Shown here: piece by piece, positions 1 through 10,584 of the stretch
Layout of the letters: each line of letters opens with the position of its first letter
How positions within the stretch are numbered: position 1 is the first letter of the stretch
Assembly (NCBI GenBank): GCA_964270895.1
Contig: OZ185435.1
Strand: one strand, 5' to 3'
From: Podarcis filfolensis
Lineage: Eukaryota
DNA: 64,000 bases
Notes under the pieces: generated by a model
What the model was told of the DNA's origin: nothing
Database searches by the model: none
Seen by the model: only the letters and a program-made list of their open reading frames with translations
Translations under genes and position numbers: made by a program

Positions 1-659
1 TTCAGCTCCATAACTCATTCACCCTGTGGTATTATCTTTGTCTATAATGCGGTGGGGAATCTTTTAGGACCACCCAGCGGACCAGATCACTATCTGTCTG
101 TACCCCAGAGGCCAACATGGACATCAGATGATTGGCATTCATTTTGATTTTAAAAAATCAGATCCCACCCTACTATATTGACACATCCATATCTAACTTG
201 CCTCTCTGTAACCTTTACAACAGCCCTAAATGTACACAAGTACTCAATCTCTCACTAGCCCAACAGCCCATGGGAAAAGGGCCACTGGTAAGGTTAGTCA
301 ACAGTTTTGCCTCAGGGCACTCTGAGTGCTCCACCTCACAGGGAAGTTTCGTGCCACTGAACCAGCTAGGCGCACTTGTTTCCAAACCTCCTCAAACCAC
401 ACCTTTGGTGAACTTTTCCCTACAGCCTGCAATCTACTCTGAAGGTGCATTCTAGCGTTGCCAGTTCTTTCCATCCAGAGGTTAGCCACTGAGGCTCCTG
501 TGATTTCAACATCTTTAAAATTCGGATAAATTCAACAGGTGCTGCTCCCCACCCCACCTCCACTGCAGCTCCAGGACCACAAAAGCAGCATCCACCTGTT
601 GATTTTTTCCACTGTCATATCATTGGTTAAAAGCTCCTGATCTGTATGCAGGGATTGAC

Positions 660-815
660 TGTAAAACCACTCTGGGAACTGTAGTTCTGGGAAGAGAATA
701 GAGGTCTCCCAACAACTCTCAGAACCCTTAACAAACTACAGCTCCCAGAATTCTTTGGGGGGAGTCATGACTGCTTAGAGTCACAGTGCTTTAAATATAT
801 GGTGTGAATGTGGCC
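660..815. repeat. Palindromic interspersed repeat (MITE-like)
   Basis: Inner inverted repeat TCTGGGAACTGTAGTT (671-686) / AACTACAGCTCCCAGA (734-749). A related copy lies at about 51447-51608. Confidence 0.65.
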
Positions 816-1040
816 CCTGGTGTGGAACGGTAATACTGTTTCAAAATGGCAGCTATTTTAAAGAGAGAAACCGCAGCTACAGGCTCTTCTTAACAGAGTA
901 GTGTTCTGGCACCAATAATGTTATTCTAGTTCCCTCCCTGCACAGCCTGCAACTGGTTCACGGGGGTGGAATTAACAGGATAGACAGAGACAGGCAGACG
1001 TAGAAGAAGAATTGGGCTGTTTAGGAGAACAGAGACCTAC

Positions 1041-3443
1041 CTGACTGTGCTCCACGTCGCGTTCATCTTCATTGATCAGCAGCATGTAGGGTTTTCGAGG
1101 CAACCCTGGGGCCTTTATCCCCAGGGCAAAGAGGGCAAAGGTGCAGAAGTAGCGCAGTAACCACAGGCTGAATTGTACCTGGAGGAGGTTGATCTCATGT
1201 CAGATGTGTGTCTCGCAGCGACCCACCTGCCCCGCTTTGCTCCCCACAGAAAGCTACAAACCAAGCAGTGCTTCCTTCTAAGATCTAAACCAAGAGTCAA
1301 ATGGCTTGGAGTGGAGAGAGGGAAACACCCATCAAGGGTGGTATTTTTAAACTTGATTTATTATTTAAAATCTTTTTAGGCATTTCATTAGCCAAAAGCA
1401 TGATTTGAGCCAGTTGACCAAAGACTTGCCAAGTACGTAAAAACGCTGGAACTAGAACACAGATAATTATCCCATATCACATAATCTAATTCCTTGCAGA
1501 AAACCCCAGGATTCAATCCTTCCCAGAAGCTTTAAGGAACATTTGGTGATTGATGGTCCTGACCCCTAGAGAATTGTGAAGATGGCTTGGCTGCATTTGC
1601 TTCCTGTTGCTTCATGAAGCCTGTTCCTGTTTGAAGATGCCTGCAGTTACATCAGATGGCCAGCAGGGGAAGTTAGGTCATGTGACTGAGGTAGAACGGG
1701 AGAAGGCTGAAGCTGTCTGGAATGGCAAGGCAGGAGGAGGTATATGCTCCTAAATGTGAGTTCTTGGTTCCTCTGTGGATGAAGAGTGAGGGGCCTTCAC
1801 ACCCATCACTGCAACGAGATGACATCTTGACGCGAAAAAAAGGTAGGCTGCCACTTGCAAAATGGCTTCACATTGTTGGCCAAAAACAAACAAACCACCC
1901 AAAAAGAACACAACATGGCTAGTCTGCTTCGCTGGATTCACATGTTCAAACAAACCACAGTTAAGCTAGGCTTAACTAGCTTATTTATATCCCACCCATC
2001 TGGGAATCTCCAGGTAGGGCTGGAGGGAGAGCTGTTGCCAGCCTTCCCCAGTCAGGTGCTCTCCAGGTGTGCTTGGACTACAACTCACATTTTGAAAACC
2101 CTGGCATATGAGGAGTCCCATAAGCAGGTGTGTAGACAGTGGGCAATTCAGCTGTACAGTTGGGGTGGGGGAATAGTGGTCAGGGCCTAATTGTTACATG
2201 GAATCTGTGGCATGGAATCAGTTCTCTACTTTCCAGTCTCTTGCTAAAGGGTATTGCCAGAGGGCAAGGATGTTAGTTAACCATGTAAAGAAATGTGAAA
2301 TCTCAGCTTGTGGCTGGAAAGCCTTTTTGGTAGGACTTTGTGCTGAGTCATTGGGCAAAGTCCCCTGCAAATTATTCAGCAATCTCCTCTGTGTGTGTGT
2401 GTGTGTGTGTGTGTGCATGTGTGGTTGTGTGGAAAGGGGGAGGAGCACACACTACTCATGTCTAAAGCTTTCTGTAGCTCAAACAACAGTGACTCAGCAA
2501 AAATGGGCTGGGAAGAAGGCACCAAGTAGTGGCTGGTACTTAAGAGCAACAACTAGCAAGTGTTGAAATCAACAGGTTTATTTGGTTCTAATCTTCTCCC
2601 ATCTCCAAATATTCTACCACCCTGTCAAAAAAATCCAGGATACAGTGGTACCTCTAGTTACGAACTTAATTTGTTCCGGAGGTCTGTTCTTAACCTAAAA
2701 CTGTTCTTAACCTGAAACTGTGCTTTCGCTAATGGGGCCTCTTGCTGCCGCTGCACTGCCAGGACACAATTTCCGTTCTCATCCTAGGGCAAAGTTCTCA
2801 CCTCGAGGTAACTCTTCCAGGTTAGCGGAGTTTGTAACCTGAAGCATTTGTAACCTGAGGCGTTTGTAACTCGAGGTACCACTGTATATATATGCTCCTA
2901 CCTGTCGCCAAACCCTCGTTGACCTACCTTCTGGTTGGCGTTTTCCAAGCCCCACCACCAGAGTGGGCTGTTCCAGGAGATGAAGGCCAGGTTCTCGGAT
3001 GCAAAAGCCAGAGCCCAAAAAAGGAGGAGGATGGCGCCATGGCCTCTGATCCGGTCCTGCGCCAGAACTCTGGTGCGTTCCAGGTGGAGCAGCCCAACCG
3101 AGCTGGTCCAGCTCGCGGCAGAGAGGCAGGCGTACAGCACCATGTACCCATAAAGCTGTTGCATGCCCAACACCTGCCACAGAAAGATGACAAAGGGCAG
3201 CAGTGCAAGGAGCAGAGAGAGGAGGACTTGGATGTGGTACAGGCGGGAACGTGGGATATACTTGGGCTCCATGGTGCGGCTGAACCGGGCATAGCAAGCG
3301 TACTGCAGGGCCCCCAAGAGGATGCAGACGCTGAGCTGCACAGAGGGCACCAGCGTGAAGTAGAAACAGGGGTACAGCCCCTGCTGAGCCCATGCACGTG
3401 CCAGGGAATCGTTCCCCTCACAGTAGCTCTGTAGCACCACCAT
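1041..3443 (-). CDS. ABCB6: ABC transporter ABCB6, 5' part (TMD0/N-terminal region); gene continues beyond the left window edge
   Basis: Coding exon 3443-2928 (ATG at 3443, 516 nt, MVVLQSYCEGNDSLARAW...GLYPCFYFTLVPS...AFASENLAFISWNSPLWWW...NQK, donor AAG|GTAGGT). Coding exon 1178-1041 (138 nt, VQFSLWLLRYFCTFALFALGIKAPGLPRKPYMLLINEDERDVEHSQ, CAG acceptor and GT donor). Both match remembered human ABCB6 (GLSPCFFFTLVPS, AENLALVSWNSPQWWW, VQFSLWVLRY). An acceptor (TTTCTGCAG|) at 3460 implies an upstream non-coding exon. I did not find the next exon in 1-1040. Confidence 0.93.
2390..2415. repeat. (TG)13 microsatellite
   Basis: Direct reading of the sequence. Confidence 0.95.
2643..2884. mobile_element. 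Non-autonomous Tc1/mariner (Tigger/pogo-like) MITE
   Basis: TIRs CAGTGGTACCTC...GAGGTACCACTG flanked by TA on both sides, with internal short tandem repeats. It lies in an ABCB6 intron about 40 bp from the donor. Confidence 0.85.
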
Positions 3444-3516
3444 CCTGTCGGCTGGGGAGCTGCAGAAACACAGATGAAAGAAACAAGGAAATTAGAACAT
3501 ATGCTTGGGCTACTGT

Positions 3517-3734
3517 TTTTTTATTTTTTTATATCCCACCTTTCCTTCAAGGAGCTCAAGGTGGCATACAGAATTTTCCTCCTCCTCCACAACAAGCCTG
3601 CGAGATAGGTTAGGCTAAGAATGAGTGACTGGTCTAAGGTCCCCCAGTGGGCTTCATGGCTAAGTGGGGATTCAAACCATGGTCTCACAGGTCTCACAGG
3701 TCCTAGTCCAACACACTGCTTTGCCACACTGGCT
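3517..3734 (-). mobile_element. MIR/Ther1-derived squamate SINE (Squam3-like)
   Basis: cacaacaagcctgcgagataggttaggct...ggtctaaggtcccccagtgggcttcatggc...ggattcaaacc with a T-rich tail on the plus strand, about 55 bp upstream of the ABCB6 acceptor. Confidence 0.6.
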
Positions 3735-4811
3735 TTATATTTCAACGCTGTCTGCAAATATGTTATATATAATATATGCAAACCCACAGGCATATGATGT
3801 TCTCACAGGCTTAAATTCAAGTGCAGAAGTAAACATACCACATGGTGCGACAGACACACACACACACACACTATGCAGGCATGAGAGCAGTCACCAATCT
3901 TGGACAATTTTTTTAATCCTTCTTGCTCAATATGCCATCCCACCAAAAGAGGCAGGGTGAGACACTTTGTAGGGAAATGCAAAAGAAACCACACAGTATC
4001 TGGGGCAGAGGTCTCACCTTGTTGTTCACCCCACCTCCTAGTTTAAGGAATTGCTTAGCACAAGGCATCAAGAACTGTCACACTTAAAATCAGAGTGACA
4101 GCTGCGTGGGGAGGAGCTGAATCTTGGTAACATTTTTCTTTTCAGAATAGTGGATAGATTTTGCTCATATTTAGGGCCTATCTGTTTACTCATGTTTAGG
4201 TCAGGTAGGATTTTTTTCACAATTTTAGATTTTCCGGTAGCCATGGGGAAGGTTGCCCCCCACTTCTCTTTTCCTTCTAATATGGCTTGCTTTCCTAAGT
4301 CTTCTGCAGCAATTTTTGTGCAGACACTTTCTGTGGTGCAGATATTCTGTGCTTATGGCACAGTGCTCTGGAATATTTGGGATAATCTGCCATTGGCTGG
4401 CAAGTAGACAGCCTTCTTTTATGGGAAGGGTTTACATATATCAAGAGCATATGTCAAGGGCTGCTTTGGGGGAAGAGGGATCTATTTGAGGCAGTAGGTG
4501 GGGTCAAAGGTAGGTGGGCTCATCCCATTTCCCTCTCCTGCAATCCCAACGCCCCCTCCCCCTTGTCACCCACATGAAACTGGGGGGCAGGGTCACGTGT
4601 GGCACTAGTGCTGTGGGTTGCCACAGAGACATTTGGCCCCTCACAAGTCTATTCTAGGATGGCAGTTTTGTAGATGTTGATAGACTCTTCTAATGAAATT
4701 GATCCTTTAAAAACAGAACAGAACCTCTAAGCCTGCTGTGTGCGTACAATAGCTTGATCCGAGATCATTGAGTTTCACAGGTCAACTATGGTAGCAAGTA
4801 TGCACATTAAC

Positions 4812-4865
4812 CGGGGAATTAACCCCATTGAGCCCAGTGGGGCTTACTTCTGAGAACACGTGCAC
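4812..4865. repeat. Short hairpin-type interspersed repeat
   Basis: aaccccattg...cagtggggcttacttctgag. Similar text occurs near 55527-55580, 56725-56762 and 58345-58392. Family unidentified. Confidence 0.4.
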
Positions 4866-5559
4866 TGTGTGACTCCTTGTTGCCACTCTCCATAACCTTT
4901 TGCACCTTACTGCTTTCTCCTGGGTTTGAGTTCCATTAATGTTTAACCTCCTCCGAACCCAACCCATATGATTTGGTAGCTGAGACTTCAATAAAATAAA
5001 CAAATTAAACATATTTGCAACGATTTGCTGGCTGGCATAATTTACAGTGCTGGTGCTACTAAAATAGATGCAATGCACTGAAGTTTTTGCTCAGCTATCT
5101 TCCCTCTGCCCCACAGCTTTTAATACACAAAGAAACCCTGAGCTACTTTCCCAAATGCTAGAAACTTGTCTTCTTTTTTTAAGGGCCACTGATATAGCCT
5201 TTTCCTCCATGAATATCCTCAGCGGATATTTCTGATGCCTTCCTCCACACCTCTCCGTGGGTTTTAATTCGTTCTTTCTGATGCACGATATCAAAATAGC
5301 ACATCATCACCGTGTTATGACTACACTCCGCGCCCTCGAGTGGCGCTTTGGATTCCTGCCCTCCCCGGGTCCAGCTGCTGTGTGTTCCCACTTTCCATGC
5401 GGTGAACTTTCCCAGGCAGAAGCCGCCAGCTTCCTGATTCAAGGGCACCCCGGGGAGCACAGCGAGGAGACGACGGTGCTGAGCACCCACCCTCGCTGCC
5501 TACGCCTGTTACCCCACACACTTTGGGCAACAGGCCTGGCTGCTTGGCAGTGGGCTCGG

Positions 5560-6400
5560 GCATAGAAGGAAGAGGAGGAGGTGGAGATCAAGCCATGGGG
5601 CTGTGTTACCCCCGCCCCCTGCCGCCTCTCTGTGCTGCCAGCCGGCGAGAACGCAGCAAAAGGGTTGCCGCCGCCGCCGCCCGCTTCCCCTCTGTCCCAC
5701 CCGCCTGCCCCCTTCTCCCACCAACGTCTACTTGCCTGCTCGGGTCTCGTCAGTCCAGCCCACCCACTCTCCCCACCGCCCGGTTGGCTCGGCCAATGTG
5801 CAGCGGCGCGTCCGCAGCCGAGCTTCGGGAGCCGCGGCAGGCCCGATCGGCGCACCCGGGGTCCTAGCGCCGCCTTTCCCCAACACTGTTAGGCAGGTTC
5901 CGTCTGGGTCCTAGCGCCCGCGGGTTACAACACAGGCGCTCAAGCTCCGGGCCGTTGCTTTTATTTACTTCCCGCCGAGCAAGAGCGCACGACGCGGGTT
6001 GCGAAGGTGGGACGATCGAGGGCAGGTGCTGCCCTCAAATTTATCATGGGCCAGCGTTTCACGCCGATCCCGCTGCTCCGCATTTGTACCTCCGCAGTCT
6101 AAAACCAGGATACCGAAGTGGAATGAGTCAGCACAATCCTAAGCATGTGTGTACACATCGCAAACGAGCGTGCGTCGGAATGTGGCTTTGAATCCGGGTT
6201 CAGTTTGCTAACGCTGCTGTGAAAGGTGCTGCTGCGGCGGCGGCGGCAAAAAAAAAAGCAGCCTCGGGGAAAAGTGTGCGAACTTGAGCCTTTCACTTTT
6301 TCTCTGCCTCACAAGGTTGTTGTGAGGATATCAGGCAGAGCTGCTTAGAGAAGGATGGCGGCACCGCTGTGACTATAACTGTCGCATTCCATTCAAAGCT
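5560..6400 (-). promoter_or_regulatory. CpG island, probable ABCB6 promoter and non-coding first exon
   Basis: Dense CpG and GCC runs, CCAAT near 5792, and a 13-bp direct repeat GGGTCCTAGCGCC at 5859-5871 and 5906-5918. It lies upstream of the ABCB6 ATG exon, which has its own splice acceptor. The exact TSS and donor are unresolved. Confidence 0.7.
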
Positions 6401-7869
6401 TAATTGAGCCAAGGCTCATAAAGTCTCTGCTCTGAAATATCTAAGACGTGAAAGGAACAGAGTGCACGTGAGAGCCTTAGGAGTGCCTTTTGCCGCTGTC
6501 ACTACCCAGTATGTATCCATCATTATGAATTTCATCTTGGACAAGTTAACTACCTGAGTTTTATGAAACCAATAATTTTAAACTGTCAGCTGCTGAGTGG
6601 TGCCCTGGCACCAGTATACAGTAGGATATAAATGTTGTAATAAATAAATAAGCAAACCCAATTGTGTCAGTAACTTTCACTGAAATAATTAGTTAAATTA
6701 TTATTATTATTTAAATTTGAATAGATATTCATAGTATTGGGTTATACCTCTTTTTAGATCCTGATGCAACCCTGATACAAGGATTTCCTAGGACTATTTT
6801 TAAGCAGTAAAAATGACTGTTTTGTTTTAATTTGCTAGTTATGTATTAAAATCAGCTTGTCTTTCAGTTCCATTGTATGCAGATATTATGGGCTTTTTAT
6901 TTAACAAAGTTTATATACTGCTTGGAGTGAAAACTCAGCAATTTACAATAAATATTAAAACTATAAATAAAGACAGTTTCATTAAGATTATCAACAAAAA
7001 GGAGCATCCCAGAACCAGAAGTCAGAGCTTTAAATCTTAATAATGACACAAAGTATATGTACTCCCACACACAGCTCTTTCCTTATATTGGCAGGCCTTC
7101 TTGTGGCTTGCCTCAGAAAAGACAGTCTAATCCTTCAGATTAAGGATGGAGATAAGGAAAGTTGTCTAGGTCAAGAGCATCGCCACAGGTCATGGCCACA
7201 ATTCTTAAACATTTAGCATAGATGCCCTCTGATCCTCCCTGTCCTCACGTCCTGACTTTTTTTTAAAAAAAATTGAAATAGATTTTAAAATTGCATTCAC
7301 ACACAAAATCAGTATTGCTACATATGAGTTCTTAGCAGTATTTGGCTATAGAATTATAAACCCCAAAGTACCAGAATGTATTTAGCACGCACCTTTAAAT
7401 GTATCCAAACTGGTGCTATGTTCCCTATAAAAAAAATAACAGCTCCTAAGCACATGGTAAATGCTAAATATATTTTTGTTCCTAGACATGACACACTCAT
7501 TTCTCAGCATTCAGTGGGGCCAGAAAAGATGTGCCTCTTTGGATATTATAGAAGTCTAGGGCTTTTTTTCTGAGAGAACTTGTTGGAACGCAGTTCTGGC
7601 ACCTCTCAGGTGGGTGCCGTTGCCATTCTAAGAGAACACGAGTGGTCATGATGAGTTACATTATTTCTTTTGAAAAATAGCACTGTAGCAGTGCATGTAT
7701 TGATATGTACAAAAATCCAGTAGATAGTAACTACCTCATTAGTGCCACAAGCATTGTGATGATGGCCAACTACCCTGTGATCCACCTGGATTCATCTTGT
7801 AGGTAGCAGGCTGTTATCCTACCAGACACAATGAAAGACAATTCCACAGGCACGGCCACAGCAATCAAA

Positions 7870-10584
7870 GAATGGAACACCCCTCTTTATTCAGTAGATA
7901 CAGTACTGTACAGGATGTCAGACATAAGCTCTGTTTTACAAACCACTTGCAGTGCTCCACATAACTCACAGGCCAGCCTCTAGTGTCACAAACGAAACAG
8001 GAGGCCACAGGTGGCTGTACCATGCACAAAAGATGGGGGCAAAATCAAGACAAGCATAATACATGACAGCTAGAATTCCCACCCACCCCATGTTTTAGCT
8101 GAGAACGCTCCCTTTATTCACTGCTAGACCAGGGGTACAGTAACATTTCCACTAGGATGCAGCAGGCTCATCTCTGCCAATGGGGCTGCTCTGCAGCTGA
8201 TCGCTGTAGTGCAGGGACTATGGCCCTGTAGTTTTCCAGATGCTGTTGGGACTCCAAATCCCATCAGCTCCAGCCACCATGCTCAATGGACAGGGATGAT
8301 AGGAGTTGTAATATAGTAAAGTTTCACAAACTACAGGTTCCCCATCCCAACAGTACATAACCAGCACTGATCAAAGTTGCAGGCTATGAAGCTATTCTTT
8401 CTACACTCCAGGGGATGTGTATTTTGCAGGAAAGACAGCAAATTAATATTTTACCATCAGTTGTTTTGAATTCCTTGAAATGCACCAGTAATCTGAAGAA
8501 CGGGGAAATCCCAGCACCAGCCATACATCTAAACTACTGACAGCTTGAAGCTGCTGCTCACCAACTTCCCTTTTAGCATGTACCCCACAACACCAATGAC
8601 CACCCTTTTGTTAAACTAGGTTAGGGAGTGGGGAAGTACAGTATCCTTTTTGGGCATAATCTCCTTTCTAGAGCAGGTGAACTACAAGCTGTAATCAATT
8701 CATTGCTGAGTGCAAATAATCTCTTCAATTCTGAAAGAGGGCAAAGAAGAAAAGAAATCCCAAGAGTCCTGGCTCCCAAGACCTACAATGTCAGTTCCAA
8801 GGCCATATAGGGATCTCCATGCAACCCGGCCTGTGCCCACAGAGAGGAAGGATGCATATTTTATCTGTGACAGTAATGGCAAGCTGCTTTTCATATGTAC
8901 AACAGGAGCTTTGACAAACAGCTACTGGAGGTTGCAGCAGCCACTGTAAAAAAATAAAAACTGGCCCCACAGAGAAGACAAAGGAGTCAAAACCACAGGG
9001 TTAACCAAGACATATTGGGACCTGTAGCTCTGATGAGAGCGCTAGCATTACCCTAAGCAATGATTGGCTGGATTGTACCACACCCTCTGGGGATGCAATG
9101 TTTTCACTGGGCAGTCCGTAAAGTATTCTTTCTGATGTTTGCTATGCAAACCATAAAAGTATTTTGCTGTTGTGCTAAGACCACATAGCCCATAAGAATT
9201 AGAGGACGACAGTGGAGCCGATGGCATGGTGTTCTTTAGTAATAAAGTGGGGGAACCAGTAGAACCAGCAGAACTTCTGTAGACTCTTCAAGAGAACGCC
9301 TTGTCTAGCCAGGCGAGAGGTTCAGCCCTTTCAACAAGAACCTGAAGCCCACCCCAGTTCTTAAGATTGTGACAGGTAATATATTTGGCATATAGGAACT
9401 CTTCTCTTGCTGGCACTTCCACAAGATCTGGATGTTTGCCATTAAGGCATCCATAGAAAAGAGACATCACAAGGAGGGCAGCACTAGCTTGGAGAAGAAC
9501 CCAAACATTTGTGCCCACAGGAAGTGTATGGGGAATCTGGGAAATATTTAAATAGAGCGATGGGGGCAGGGGCAGACAAGTATCGCCTTCCTCCACCCAT
9601 CCCTCATACCCACAAGTACAGCACCTGGGGCAGAGCCTCATACTTGATTCTAAATCCTAGCAGGATGAGCAAGGTGAGAGCAAGGGGCATCCTCAGAATA
9701 GAGCCATCGGTCTGGAGCTGGGTGCCATTTGGTAAGTTTGAAGGAGACTTTGGTCATTTCAGATATTGCCTCAAGCAAAACCTGGTACGGGCTGTGAAGC
9801 AATACCCTGCGAAGCCTGTGCTTTGATACTGCAAGAGGGATGCGAAATAAATGTGGCCCCAAACAGTAGAATCATTTGTGCCCACAGGAAGACAAAATCC
9901 TGCGGCATGAGTGGTGATGGCACTGCAAGAGTGCCTCTTTTGGCTTGGCTTCAAAGTTTGTGAGTGAATGGTAAAGCAGGGAGGAAGATACGCACCCTTC
10001 TTGTGTGTGAAAAGCTTCTATCCAAGTCAGGCTCTGCCACTGGAGGAAGCCTGTGCCCCATTCCCATTAAAAAAATAATCTCTTGCAGCCCTTCTTTTCC
10101 TGAGTCCAAATCTATCGCCTGATTGCATCTTTAATTACACGCTGTAGTCTGGACAGTGTTACAGCTCTTCCTGCCTCTGAACGGGGGTCCACACAGCAGG
10201 TCCTCCTCCTGCTACAGGATATTTCAGGCAGGGCAAGCATGGATGCCAGTCTCCTGCACTGTAGTGCGCTCCGTGGCATACTGTGCAAGTCTCGGATGGT
10301 TCTCCAACATGGACGACACGGATGCAGACACGGACAAATATATGTAATCACACACACATCCAGCCCATGCCCAGCTAGCGTGCCACCGGCATGATGCATG
10401 TCTGGATAGAGTTCCGCCCACAATGAAGGCACTGCTGTCTTCACACCTTCCTCACGCTGGCACTGACGTCCAGGACATGGAGACTTGAGCCAACCCATAC
10501 TTTGTAGGGCAGGGTAACCCAATGTCCCACCAGCTGAGGCGGCCCCACGATGTGGAGCCCACACAGGATCTTCAGCCTTCACAG
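7870..10584 (-). other. ATG9A: ATG9A 3' UTR (approximate)
   Basis: Follows the TAG at 10585. Minus-strand AATAAA at 8118-8113 and 7891-7886; an ATTAAA variant at 10135-10130. The true end is inferred. Confidence 0.5.

Noticed and set aside
2779-3434. Long ORFs (204, 180 and 165 aa) overlapping ABCB6 exon 1 in other frames or on the opposite strand
   Set aside because: Shadow ORFs of a GC-rich coding exon with no recognisable homology.
5091-5914. Several 100-138 aa ORFs in and near the ABCB6 CpG island
   Set aside because: Low-complexity G/P/R/A peptides expected from stop-poor GC-rich DNA, with no recognisable domain.
8628-9963. Short ORFs in the ATG9A 3' UTR as a possible hidden gene
   Set aside because: No coherent splice structure or homology, and lengths are within chance expectation.
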